64,000 bases of DNA, from the NCBI RefSeq assembly GCF_036365525.1, contig NC_090413.1:28844262-28908261 (forward strand), given 5' to 3'. Under the pieces are notes generated by a model. The model had not been told where the DNA came from. It did no database searches and saw only the letters and a program-made list of their open reading frames with translations. This document shows, piece after piece, positions 1-12,549 of the stretch. How positions within the stretch are numbered: position 1 is the first letter of the stretch; each line of letters begins with the position of its first letter. The DNA is from Heterodontus francisci. Taxonomy: Eukaryota. Made by a program: the position numbers and the translations under genes.

Positions 1-310
1 GGGTGCAGCTCCAACAACACACAAGAAGCTCGACACCATCCAGGACAAAGCAGCCTGCTTGATTGGCACCCCATCTACAAACATTCACTCCCTCCACCAC
101 TGACGCACAGTGGCAGCAGTGTGTACCATCTACAAGATGCACTGCAGCAACGCACCAAGGCTCCTTAGCACCTTCCAAACCCACGACCTCAAATGGACAG
201 CAGCGGTTCAAGAAGGCTGCTCACCACCACCTTCTCAAGGGCAATTAGGGATGGGCAATAAATGGTGGCCTAGCCAGCAATGCCCACATCCCATGAATGA
301 ATTAAAAAAA
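1..310 (+). mobile_element. 3' fragment of abundant CR1/L2-group LINE (family 'B'), internally deleted
   Basis: ORF2 C-terminal peptides (AAVCTIYKMHCSN, QRFKKAAHHHLLKGN) and tail gggcaattagggatgggcaataaat...catcccatgaatgaattaaaa; the family recurs about ten times in the window. Confidence 0.85.
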
Positions 311-422
311 AGTAAAATTACACAAGAATGTTGAAGAGACAAACATCAGCAGTTACGACAAGAGGGTGGGCTAGATGAACCTCTAATTTCTTTCTCCAGT
401 GTGATACTTTCTCTGCTTCTAT

Positions 423-782
423 GGCCAGAATTTTACGGTGGATGGATGGGAGCCGGACTCCGACATGAAAGATGGTGGTGAACCCGCTTCCGCCTAGCCT
501 GGGGATCCGTCCCGTAATTCACGGCTCCCCAGGCTTTAATTGTTCTGAGGCGGGACCTCCACCCACCTGAGGGAGGAGGTCCCGCCTCAGTGAGCTGCCG
601 GCCAATCAGCGGCTACGTGGCCACTTAAGGGCCTTGATTGGCCTCGGGTGGGCGGGCCATTTCCCACCCCCCCGCCATAAACTTGTCCGGAGGCGGAAGC
701 AGGGCAGGTAGGCATCCCGGAGCATTCCACTCAATTTTACACCGAACCCACGCCACCGCTGGGGCAGTGTAAAATTCCGGCC
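423..782. mobile_element. MITE with 14-bp TIRs and 3-bp TSD (PIF/Harbinger-like)
   Basis: TAT-[GGCCaGAATTTTAC...GTAAAATTCCGGCC]-TAT; empty site cttctatgttttt in the paralogous gene B intron near 46096-46108. Confidence 0.85.
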
Positions 783-1374
783 TATGTTTTTCTTTTTTTC
801 CATCACAATATCGTTTCAGACAAAATAGGATCATTTCTCCCCAGAGTATTTCTCCATGAGTGTTGGACAATTACATCAGTCTTTCTGCAGTATTCATGAG
901 CTAGATGTTCTCTTTTCATTCTTCACAACTGTTACTCTGTTGAACATGCTATTTTAGCATTCTTCATCTCCCATTTAATAGATCCTATTAATATCCCTCA
1001 TGTTACAACAGCCCAGTACGGCTCAGCTTCCAATTGCTCCTCGCTTGTCCCTGTGGAAGTGTCTGGCCTTCAATTAGCATCTCACCCAATGGTCTGGTCA
1101 GGACATGTACCTTGCTATATGGGGTCCCAGGACACACGTTCACGTGATTGCAATCTGTGGTCAGTAATGGACAGTGTCCCCACACAGCCCCGTCCTGTGT
1201 TCTGCATTCTGATCAACCTCAGAGACAAAAATGCCACTGGAAAGCAGGATAAATGCGATGAGACCAATTCTGTTTTTTTCAGGACTAAGAGAAGGGTCAG
1301 TATGAGTTTCATTGGTCTCCATTCGAAATTAAAAAACCTCACTAACTATTTGTAACCAAAATGATGCAACTTAC

Positions 1375-1656
1375 ACAGGACGTGGAGGGTGTCAACCTGT
1401 TTTTTAACACGGCTTGTTGACGGATCTTGAAGTTTCAGTTCAGCCTCGCAGATGTACTGCTGTCCATCCAGCTTTGCTTCTGCATCCACAGTATAGTAGA
1501 TACTGAGCCCAGTACGGCTTGATTCATTCACTAATATGTCATTTCTGTTCTTCAGACTGAGTTGAAGTTCCCCTGAGACATTAAACACACTGCAGGTAAT
1601 ATTAACTGGGTTTCCTTCAGGGCTGATTGGTACTTGGATTTCAGGGTCAGGAAAAA
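1375..1656 (-). CDS. Gene A (ICAM-like) Ig domain 4 exon
   Basis: cag|TT...CTG T|gtaagt, 282 nt, phase 1-1; VFPDPEIQVPISPEGNPVNITCSVF...LDGQQYICEAELKL...LHVL, like ICAM D4. Confidence 0.9.
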
Positions 1657-2297
1657 CTGTAAAAATAATAGAGAAAAGTTGTTAGAAACACTCCCAAGCT
1701 TATCTTGCAGCTGCTCAGTGTGAAAATTCATCCTGGAGACTTGATCTGTTGTGCTGTTTTATCATTGATCCATATTACATGCCTGTGCCACACAGACACA
1801 TCCAGCTACTCCACTAAGGCTGGGTAGAGAACTTTAATCACTTTCAATCAATGACCATCTGATACATGATTTTGTAAGTGGAACCGGATTTTTAAAAAAA
1901 TCTGAGATCATACCCTATCTTCACGAAATGTACTCACTCATCACTGAGCACAACTCATTTATCTCATTACATGATTGTTCCTTTGTCAAGATGAGACATA
2001 ATATTGTGTTTACAATCCAAATCCAGTCACTTGTTTCAACACTCGCTTTTAATCAGGGAATATCGAGTGTGACTAACACTTTCTCATGATCTTGGAATAC
2101 CAAGTGTCACTAAGACATCTTAAGCTGCTTCTCTTTGAGTATCTGTGAATATGCAAATATTTGAATAAACTTCCTAACTTGTCACTCAACGGAAGGGATT
2201 TTATTGTTTAAAGTAAACCTGACATGCTGCAATTTTGACTATCATGAACTATCAGAACGCTATCTAATCATAATGCCTCCACAACCAGAATCCTTAC

Positions 2298-2591
2298 CAA
2301 ACACCTCAATGAAGACGCTATCATTCTTTGGTGGAACTGATGGATATTCCTCAAAATCTGCTGTACAGACGACTTCCATCAGACCAGCCACCTGTGGTTT
2401 CCATGTCGTTGTTGTTCGGACAGTATTAGAATTTGGCCTTGTTGTAACTGAATTCAGTTCTTTACCATCCTGAAACCACCTGACTCTCATCTTCTCAGCA
2501 GGATAGACATTTGGGACCTCACATGTTAACGTGGCCTCTTGCTTCATTTCTATGGGCCTCTTGTCAAGGATTCGAGGTGGATCCAGAAAAG
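2298..2591 (-). CDS. Gene A Ig domain 3 exon
   Basis: ttgcag|CT...TTT G|gtaagg, 294 nt; TLTCEVPNVYPAEKMRVRW...VVCTADF, a VCAM-D2/D5-like I2/C2-set domain. Confidence 0.9.
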
Positions 2592-3781
2592 CTGCAACAC
2601 AGACAAGGAATTCACTTCATTTTGATTTGCTGTGCTGTGATTCAGTTGCTATTGGACAGAGTGGAAAACTGACCAGTACTGGTATTCCCCAATACACACA
2701 TCCCAGGAGTCTATCACACTGTTCACTGAGAGAAAACTGGAGCCATCATCAGGAGATCACATACTTTATTTTTTTAATTAATTCTTCCTACTCTTCAGGC
2801 AGCCCTAGTATCTAAATCTGCTACTTTTGTGCCAGCCACTATGAGTGGTACAGTCTGATGCATTCACTGATTAACCTTTATTGTGATCTTTACTTGTATC
2901 TGCTACAACATCCCAGTTGAGGCTCAGACCTCAGTGTGGGTGACTCTGGGTGTAAATCTTTCAAGCTTTTTTGCTGCTCCTGCATGGAGAGATTGACTGA
3001 TCTGCTCCTTGACCATCACCTCTACTGACCACTATGAGGTGTGCAAAGCTGTCACATGAGTTTCCTTCAGACATTCCCGTCACTATTAGGAAGCATCTGG
3101 CTGCCATCTGGCAAAAGCAGGAGAGTGATAATATCAACATGTGGGCCATCCTGGAGATAAACATACTTTGCACCAATTTGTTTGTTGCAGAAGAGTAATC
3201 AAGCACAGGGAAAAGCCATTTGGCCCAGAAAGCTCATTTTACTAATGGCTTATCTCTGCGAGCCTAGTATTCAAGCATTGCCTGAAAGATTATTGAGTAA
3301 AAGATACCTACTATTATCTTCTTATTCGATTAATATTGACTTATCTATAGCATTTAATATTTTATACACCTTCCTGAGAGTGTCCTTTAGCCTTCCTCTT
3401 GCTACACTGCAGAGCTCATCTTCATACCAGGAATCAGGTTAGGGTCCTTGGATGTCTTTTTGGAGTCAAGTTAATAAGATCTTAGGCTGGTAGAAGAGGT
3501 CCTGCAAAATCTTTCTTGACCCATTCAAACTAAGCTTTGCGCACACCCTAGCTGGCTAAAAGATTTGCAGTAATTTACCGCTACACTTTGGGCAATTGAG
3601 AAAACTGCATATTTGAGGTGGGTCCAAGATGAACAATTCTTATCCAACACATTTTGTGGTATGGATAAAACAGGAGCTAATGAGATCATCACTGCATTGC
3701 TTCCCACTGTTTATTCTCTACAAATTATCGATATTTAACCATTCTCAAAAAGAGAACATTTCTTGTTCAAGTGGAACTTAC

Positions 3782-4096
3782 AGTAAGTTTGCAGAGTCAC
3801 AGAGGAGTTTGTGATTGGTTTTGTGGTGTTTGAGCCCAAGTCCACCTCTGCCAAGCAGGTGTACTCCTGTCCATCATCTGACATACTTGCAGTGAAATTG
3901 AAGATGTTCCTCAGTCTTTTATCTTCATCCGGGAAACCTTCTTCTCCTGTGAAATTCCTCTGAACAATCTCACTCCCTCTCAGCCATGTGAGTTTGAGTT
4001 TATTGTTTGGATAGACCCTCGGACCAATACACTCCAGACTATATGTCTTGTTAACTTCCAGCACTTCAGGAGGTGATGTAATGTTTAACTCTCGAT
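3782..4096 (-). CDS. Gene A Ig domain 2 exon
   Basis: ttaacag|AT...TAC T|gtaagt, 315 nt; LECIGPRVYPNNKLKLTWLRG...DDGQEYTCLAEVDL...TLQTY resembles ICAM D2 (LLRG...HGANFSCRTELDL...QLQTF). Confidence 0.92.
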
Positions 4097-4496
4097 CTGT
4101 TAAAGGAGAATCAGTTAACATAATTCACTGAAATAATGTATCTGGGCACCCTCTGCTCCATCACACATGCATCTGAGTGAATATGTGCAACATGACTTTA
4201 TCCCAACCACAAATACCATGTTCAATCTCCCCCATTAGCAATAACTACACAAAGTTGTATTTTCAGGCAAGAAGTTTTCCTAAAGTGGAATACTGAAACA
4301 ATTGGCATCTACATAGAATCTGATCCCCAACTGAACACACCTTGAATTAAAATAAACTGACAAAGCTATATTTGTTCCAAATACTGAACTGAATGCATGC
4401 AAATTATAAGCTGAAGCTTAATTATTGCATTGTTTAAACATTTAAAATAGTCTAACTGTAAATTAACTAGTCATTTGGTAGTACAGAACTTGAGTA

Positions 4497-5075
4497 TTGC
4501 TGAGAATAGAGATATTTTGTCGAAGCTTTTCGTCTTGCACTCATCAGGACAAATCACAGGAATACCAATGTAAGGGAAGCAACAAATTTATACTGTATGA
4601 GAAGAGAGTGCTGATTGGTTGGGAAGTGGACTCTGATTGGTAGAGGCGTTGCCATGGAGAATGCACCAGTTTATGGTGACAGATAACTACCAAGCTTTGT
4701 TTGAAATTTCAACCAGGCAGCTTGACTCTGATTGGTCAAAGCATTGCCCTATGGAATGAACCAGCAAATGGCTGTCACTTATTTTGTTCAGGTGAAACAG
4801 GCACAATGTGTGTACATGTTCTTTCTGTCTGCAAAGAACAGGGCCCTGTGTATTAATATATGTAGCTTCCAGTTTGCACAAATGCACCCACACTGCGAGC
4901 CCAACTGACAATCTTAAATTGGTTAAAAGCATAATTCTTAGCACACCGAGGATTATTTAGCAAATGTTGTCCAATCGCGGAATCACAGCTAATGTTGGAC
5001 ACTGTGTTTTGAGTTTTGCAAGCACAGGCTGGTCGGGTACAGCCTGTACCTTGCCCGTTGCAAACAGCGGAAGGG
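4497..5075 (-). mobile_element. Penelope-like element 3' remnant (GIY-YIG endonuclease C-terminus plus terminal repeat)
   Basis: Minus-strand translation CDSAIGQHLLNNPRCAKNYAFNQFKIVSWARS, frameshift, HLCKLEATYINTQGPVLCRQKE; typical PLE endonuclease tail, followed by a hammerhead motif. Confidence 0.75.
4516..4553 (-). ncRNA. Minimal type I hammerhead ribozyme
   Basis: Minus strand reads UUUGUC-CUGAUGA-GU(GCAAG)AC-GAA-A(AGCU)U-C-GACAAA: intact core, 6-bp stem I, 2-bp stem II, palindromic AAGCUU stem III. Confidence 0.8.
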
Positions 5076-5082
5076 ATATCGA

Positions 5083-5153
5083 GTCATAGAGAGATACAGC
5101 ACCGAAACAGGCCCTTCGGCCCACCCAGTCCGCCATGACCATCAACCACCCAT
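5083..5153 (-). mobile_element. HE1-like SINE 3' tail fragment
   Basis: Matches the tails of the fuller copies at 26603-26947 and 57380-57735. Confidence 0.7.
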
Positions 5154-5159
5154 GTTTTT

Positions 5160-7245
5160 TGATCCACGCTGACTATCCCTGATTAATCCGTGCCTTTCTA
5201 AGTGACAGTTTATCCTATCTCTCAGAATTGATTCTAATAATTTGCCCACCACTGAGGTCAAACTGACCAGCCTATAATTATTTGGCCTATCCTTCACACA
5301 CTTTTCAAACAATGGTGCAACGTTCGTAGACTGTCTGTATCTAGTGAGGATTTGAAAATGATTCTCAGAGCATCCACAATTTTCTCCCTGGTTTCCTTTA
5401 ACAGCCTGGGATAAAATCTATCCGGCCCTGGTGAGTTATTCACTTTCAAGGACGTCAGACCCTCTAGTACTTCCTCGCTCATTATGCTTATCGTATCTAA
5501 TATTTCACACTTCTCCTCTTTGACTCCAATGTCTGCATCATCCCTCTCCTTTGTGGAGACAAAGTACTCATTAAGAACCCTGCCCACATCTTCTGCATCC
5601 ATGCATAAGTTGCCTTGTACATCTCCGATAGGCCCTACCCTTTCCCTAGTTATCCTCTTAATGTACTGATAAAATATCTTTGGGGTTTCCTTGATTTTGC
5701 CTGCCAATATTTCTTCATGTCCTCTCTTTGCTTTCCTAATTTCTTTTTTTACTTCATCTCTGCAATTTCTATACTTCTTTAAGCTTTCTAAAGTATTAAG
5801 TTTTTTTGTCATAAGTTTTCTGTTTCTGCTTTATCTTACCCTGTATGCTTCTAACTAACCAAGTGGCTCTAGATTTGGCTGTATCACCCTTTTTCTTTGT
5901 GGGGACATGTCGACACTGTGCCTGCAAAATCTTGCTTTTGAATGCCTCCCACTGGTTTGCCACTGATTTTCCTTCAAGTAGCTGTATCCAATCTACTTTC
6001 GGCAGGTCACCTCTCAGCTTCGTAAAATTTGCCTTCCCTCAATTTAGAACTTTTATCTTTGTCCATTTCCATAACAATGCTAAATCTAACTGTATTATTG
6101 TCACTGTCTCCAAAATAGTCTCCCACTGCCACTTCATCCACTTGCCCAGCTTCATTTCCTGAACTGGAGTAGCCATATAAATACCGTGGCTACAAGAACA
6201 GGTCAGAGGCTGTGAATTCTGCGGAGGAACTCATCTCCTGACTCCCCAAAGCCTGTCCACCATCTACAAGGCACAGTCAGGAGTGTGATGGAATACTGTC
6301 CACTTGCCTGAATTGGTGCAGCTCCAATAACTCTCAAGAAGCTCGACACCATCCAAGACAAAGCAGCCTGCTTGATTGGCATCCCATCCAGCACTTTCAA
6401 CATTCATTCCCTCAGTGGCAGCAGTGTGTACCATCTACAAGATGCACTGCAGCAAAGCACCAAGGCTCCTTAGGCAGCACCTTCCAAACCCGCGACCTCT
6501 TCCAACTCAAAGGACAAGGGCAGCAAATGTATGGGAATACCACCACCTGCAAGTTCCTCTCCAAGTCACACACCATTCTGACTTGGAACTATATTGCTGT
6601 TCCTTCACTGTCGCTGGGTCAAAATCCTGGAACTCCCTTCCTAACAGCACTGTGGGTCTACCTACCCCACATGGACTGTAGCGGTTCAAGAATGCAGCTC
6701 ATGACCACCTTCTCAAGGACAATTAGGGATGGGCAATCAATGGTGGCCTAGCCACCGACACCCACATCCCATGATTGAATTAAAAAAAACTAAATCTAGA
6801 ATTGCACTCCCTCTTGTTGGGCTTCTTACATGCTGGCTAAAAAAGTTCTCTTGAATGCAGTTCAAGAATTTTGTGTCCTCTGTGCCCTTCACATTGTTTG
6901 TAACCCAGTCGATATTAGGGTAGTTGAAATCCACAACTACTATTGCCCTATTGTTTTTGCACTCAGAAATCTGCCTACATATTTGTCCTTCTCTCTCCCT
7001 TTCATTATTTGGGGGTCTATAGTACACACTAGTCGTGTGGTTGCCCCTTTTTTTATTTCTGAGCTCAACCCATATGGCCTCATTTGATGATTCATTTAGC
7101 ATATCATCCCTCCTCACAGTTGTAATGAATTCTTTAACCAATAATGCTACACCCACTCCTTTTTTATCCCCCTCTCTATCCTACCTGAAAACTCTATATC
7201 CAGGGATGTTGAGCTGCCATTTTTGCCCCTCTTTAAGCCAAGACT
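5160..7245 (-). mobile_element. CR1 LINE ORF2 fragment (endonuclease to pre-RT), interrupted by a family-B LINE at ~6163-6790 (+)
   Basis: GVALLVKE...YYRPPN...DFNYPNIDW...PTRGSAILDLV; KVNNSPGPDRFYPRLLKE. Confidence 0.88.
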
Positions 7246-7357
7246 TTCATTCCTCATTAAACGATGGCTCCATTAGTGGTAGGAGTAGAATTTCAGCACA
7301 ATCTAATTGGTTTTCTGTAACTCAGTTATGCTGGGCACTGAACCCTGGATATGTGTT

Positions 7358-7997
7358 TTTTTAAATTCATTCATGGGATGTGGGCGTCGCTGGCCAGGCC
7401 ACCATTTATTGCCCATCCCTAATTGCCCTTGAGTAGGTGGTGGTGCGCTGCCTTCTTGAACCGCTGCAGTCCATGTGGGGTAGGTACACCCACAGTGCTG
7501 TTAGGAAGGGAGTTCCAGGATTTTGACCCAGCGGCAGTGAAGGAACGGTGATATAGTTCCAAGTCAGGATGGTGTGTGACTTGGAGGGAAACTTGCAGGT
7601 GGTGGTGTTCCCATGCATTTGCTGCCCTTGTCCTTCTAGGTGGTACAGGTTGCGGGTTTGGAAGGTGCTGTCTAAGGAGCCTTGGTGCTTTGCTGCGGTG
7701 CATCTTGTAGATGGTACACACTGCTGCCACTGTGCAATGGTGGTGGAGGGAGTGAATGTTTGTAGATGGGGTGCCAATCATGTGGACTGCTTTGTCCTGG
7801 ATGGTGTCGAGCTTCTTGAGTATTGTTGGAGATGCACCCATCCAGGCAAGTGGAGAGTATTCCATCACACTCCTGACTTGTGCCTTGTAGATGGTGGACA
7901 GGCTTTGGGGAGTCAGGAAGTGGGTTACTCGCCGCAGGATTCCTAGTCTCTGACCTGCTCTTGTAGCCACGGTATTCATATGGCTACTCCAGTTCAT
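7358..7997 (-). mobile_element. Family-B LINE 3' fragment
   Basis: ORF 7419-7997 NWSSHMNTVATRAGQRLGILRR...HHHLLKGN plus tail. Confidence 0.88.
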
Positions 7998-8039
7998 GTA
8001 ATCCCATGTCCTGAATCCAGGTAACTAGAGTTATCATCT

Positions 8040-11000
8040 AAAGCAGAGCTTTAAAAAGCGTGCCAAGAACTCAAAGACCAGTGTGAGAGAGTGCGAGAGT
8101 GTGCGAGAGAGAGAGAGACAGAGAAAAAAAAACACAGCGGGGGCAGAGCTTTAAAAAGCACGCCAAGAACTGAGACCAGAGAAAGAGAAAAATGCAGTGG
8201 GAGCAGAGACGGGGTGGGGGGGGGGGGCGGGGGGGGGGGTGAAAACTGAAAATTGACATCAGAGCGACGTCACATTCAACAGTGAGGGCAAGGAAACAGA
8301 AAATAGCTGGGGTCAGTATTCTGGTAAGGTTTTAATTTAAATTGAAATCAAATATAGAGTAAGACTTGATCGATTTATTAGTATATAAACTAAAAACTAA
8401 AGCGGATTAAAAAACTAAAGACCAGGCGGAAATTTTAAAAACAAATTAAAATCTAATTAAATAAAATAGAGATGCAGGGCCAGGTGATGTGTTGTACCTG
8501 CATGATGTGGGAGTTGGTGGACCCCATTGTGGTTCCTAGTGACGACATCTGTAGCAAGTGTTGGCTGCTCAAGGAACTCCGCCTCAGAGTTGATGAGCTG
8601 GAGTCTGAGCTTCGGACACTGCGACACATCAGGGAGGGGGAAACATTGTGTTTCAGGAGACATTCACACCCCTTAGATTAACTACCTTGAATTCGGCCAG
8701 TGGTCAAGGACAGGAGGATGTGACTATGAGTGAGACAGGTAGAGGGATCCAGGAGATAGTGTTGCAAGAGCCTCAGCCCTTGTCTAACAGGTTCGAGATT
8801 CTTGCTCCCTGTGTGGACAAGAGCAGGGACTGTAGGGAGGATGAGCAAACTGACCAGAGAGGGAGCCATTCAAGTGGGGGGAGAAAAGAGAAATGTAGTT
8901 GTAATCGGGGTTAGTATAGTTAGGGACATAGACACTGTTCTCTGTGGCCAAAATCGAGAGTCCCGAAGGCTGTGTTGCCTACCTGGTGCCAGGGTTCAGG
9001 ATGTGTCATCTGGGCTGCAGAGGAACTTGGAGTGGGAGAGGAAAGATCCAGTTTTCATGGTCCACATAAGTACCAATGATATAGGTAGAACGAGGATAGA
9101 GGTTCTGCTGAGGGAATATGAGCAGCTAGGGGCTAAATTAAAAAGCAGAACCAAAAAGGTAATAAGCTCCGGATTACTACCCGAGCCACGAGCTGATTGG
9201 CATAGGGTCAATAAGATTAAAGAGGTAAATGCGTGGCTCAAAGATTGGTGTGGGAGAAATGGGTTCGAATTCATGGGACTTTGGCACCAGTACTGGGGAA
9301 GGAGCAAGCTGTTCTGATGGGATGGGCTCCACCTGAATCATGCTGGGACTAGAGTCCTGGTGAATTGCATAACTTGGGCTGTAGATAGGGCTTTAAACTA
9401 AATAGTGGGGGGGGGGAGGGTTCAGTTGCATGGAAAAACAGGAAGTTAAAATTAAAGGAGAAGGTAGGAGTGCAGGTTAGTGATGAGGCTGATTGTTACC
9501 AGAAAATGAAAGGAAGGGACAGAACGTGTGAACATCATATTGCACCAAGGAATTGTACAAGAGTAGGGACATTTGATAATACAACAAAGTTAAAGGCTTT
9601 GTATCTGAATGCACGAAGCATTCGGAATAAAATAAATGAGTTAACAGTGCAAATAGACACGACTGGGTATGATTTAGTGGCGATTACTGAGACGTGGTTG
9701 CAGGGAAACCGGGTTTAGGAATTGAATATCCAAGGGTACTCAGTATTTCGGAAGGATAGGCAGGAGGAAAAGGAGGGGGTGTAGCTTTGTTAGTAAAAGG
9801 AAGAGATCAGTGCTGTAGTGAGAAATGATACAGGCACTGGAGATCAAGACGTAGAATCAGCTTGGGTAGAAATAAGAAATAGCAAAGGAAAGAGGTTCCT
9901 AGTGGGAGTAATCTGTAGGTCCCCAAACAGTAGTTCCGCAGTGGGGCACAGTATAAACCAGGAAATACTGGGGGCTTATAAGAAAGGTACGGCAATAATC
10001 ATAGGTGATTTTAATATGCATATAGACTGGATTAATCAAATTGGCAAGGGTGGCCTTGAGGGAGAGTTCATTGAATGTATTAGAGATTATTTTTTGGAGC
10101 AATATGTTGTGGAACTAACTAGGGAGCAGACTATTCTAGATTTGATATTGTGTAATGAGGTGGGATTAATTACTGATCTCATAGTTAAGGATCCTTTACG
10201 GACGAGTGATCATAGCATGCTAGAATTTCAAATTCAGTTTGAGGGCGAGAAACTGGAGTCCCACATTAGCATTATGGAGTAAAACAAAGGTAATTACATA
10301 GGCATGAGGACAGATTTGGGCCTTGTGGACTGAGCAGAAAAACTAAAAGGTAGGACAGTTGATGAGCAGTGGCAGATGTTTAAGGAGATATTCAATTCCT
10401 CCCAACTAAAATATATCCAGAGAGGAAGAAGGATTGTAAGAGAGGGAAAAAACACCCATGGCAAGGAAGTTAAGGATAACAAAGACAAAAACTAAGGCAT
10501 ACCATATTGCAAAGGCCAGTGGCAGGCTGAAAACATAACAAAAAGGGCAAAGGTAAATTATGAAAGAAAACTCGTGCAAAATATAACAACGGATAGCAAA
10601 AGCTTCTGTAAGTATATAAAAGGGAAGAGAGTAGCTAAAGTGAATGTTGGTCCCTTGGAGGATGAGACTGGGGAGTTAATAGAGAGGAACACAGAAATGG
10701 CGGAGGCACGAAATCAGAATTTTGCCTCTGTTTGTCCGATGGAGGACCCGAGTACCATCCCAATAGTAACAGTTAATGCAGAGGTTATAGAAAGGGATGA
10801 ACTTAGAAAAATCATCATCACTAGGGAAAAAGTACTGAGCAAACTATTGGGATTGAAGGCAGACAAGTCCCAAGGGCCTGATGGCTGCATCCTAGGGTGT
10901 TAAAAGAAGTGGCAGCAGAGATAGTGGATCCATTGGGTATAATATTCCAAAATTCCCTGGATGCGGGAAAGGTTCCAGTGGATTGGAAAAATGCTAATAT

Positions 11001-12435
11001 AATGCCCTTATTCAAAAAGGGAGGGAGGCAGAAAGTAGGAAACTATAGACCAGTTAGTTTAACATCTGTTGTTGAGAAATTGTTAGAATCCATTATTAAG
11101 GAAGTAATAACAGGACATTTAGAAAGTCAAAATGCAATCCATCAGAGTCAGCATGGTTTTATGAAGGGTAAATCGAGTTTGACTAATTTGCTAGAGTTCT
11201 TTGAAGATGTAACAAGCAAAGTGGATAATGGGGATCCTGTAGATGTAGTATATCTGGACTTCCAGAAGGCATTTGATAAGGTGCCACACAAAAGGTTAAT
11301 ACACAAGGTAAGATCACATGGGGTTAGGGGCAATTTATTAGCTTGGATAGAGGATTGGCTAACCAACAGAAAACAGAAAGTCGGGATAAATGGGTCTTTT
11401 TCTGGTTGGCAACATGTAACTAGTGGGGTGCCACAGGTTTCGGTCCTTGGACCCCAACTATTTACAATCTATATTAATGACTTGGATGCAGGGATAGAAG
11501 GTACTATAGCCAAGTTTGCAGATGACACTAAAATACGTGGGACAGTAAGTTGCAATAAAGAAATAAATAATTTACAAATGGATATGGATAGGTTAGATAA
11601 ATGGGCAATAATTTGGCAGATGGAGTTTAACATGGATAAGTGTGAGGTTATCCATAATGGTCAGAAGAATAGAAAGGCAAATTATCTAAATGGAGAGAAA
11701 CTTCAGTGTGCTTCGGTGCAGAGGGATCTGTGTGTCCTCGTGTATGAATCGCAGAAAACTGATATGCAGGTACAGCAGGTAATAAGGAAGGCAAATGGAA
11801 TTTTGGCACTTATTGCTAAAGGAATAGAATATAAAAGTAGGGAAGTGTTGCTGCAAATGTACAAGGCATTAGTGAGACCGCACCTGGAGTATTGCGTAGT
11901 TTTGGTCCCCTTACTTGAGGAGGGATGTAGTTGCATTGGAGGCAGTTCAGAGGAGGTTCACTAGATTGATTCCAGGGATGAGGGGTTTGTCTTCTGAAGA
12001 GAGATTGAGCAGTTTAGGCCTTTACTCTAGAGTTTATAAGAATGAGAGGAGATCTAATTGAGGTATATCAGATGATTAAGGGGATTGACAAAGTAGACAT
12101 AGAGAGGATGTTTCCTCTTGTGGGGCAATCTAGAATGAAAGGTCATAGTTTTAGGATAAGGGGTAGCAGATTTGAAACAGAGATGAGGAGAAATTACTTC
12201 TCTCAAAGGGTCGTGAGTCTGTGGAATTCACTATCCCAGACTGTGGTGGATGCCGGGATATTGAGTAAATTTAAGGAGGAGATAGACAGATTTTTAATTA
12301 GTAATGGGTTGAAGGGCTATGGAGAACGGGCAGGAAAATGGAGTTGAGGCCAAGATGAGATCAGCCATGAACGTATTGAATGGCGGAGCAGGCTCAAGGG
12401 GCTGAATTGCCTACTCCTGCTCCTAGTTCTTATGT
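8040..12435 (+). mobile_element. Near full-length, decayed CR1 LINE (5'UTR, ORF1, ORF2, 3' tail)
   Basis: ORF1 zinc finger/coiled coil (CCTCMMW...CSKCWLLKELRLRVDELE) and SGNH-esterase motifs (VVIGVSIVR, CLPGARV, DGLHL); ORF2 endonuclease (LYLNARSIRNK, AITETWL) and RT ([20 protein letters not shown]); multiple stops and frameshifts. Confidence 0.93.
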
Positions 12436-12549
12436 AAGTCCGAGAGCATTAAATCAGCAATACATTTGACAATTACTTTCAGCAATGTGAAAGGACTTAC
12501 CTAGGGCTGCTTGTGGCAAACCAGCCATCTTGAAGTTCAAGACACGCAA

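Noticed and set aside
3502-3570. Short inverted repeat ctgcaaaatcttt...aaagatttgcag
   Set aside because: Imperfect single occurrence with no TSD; no supportable function
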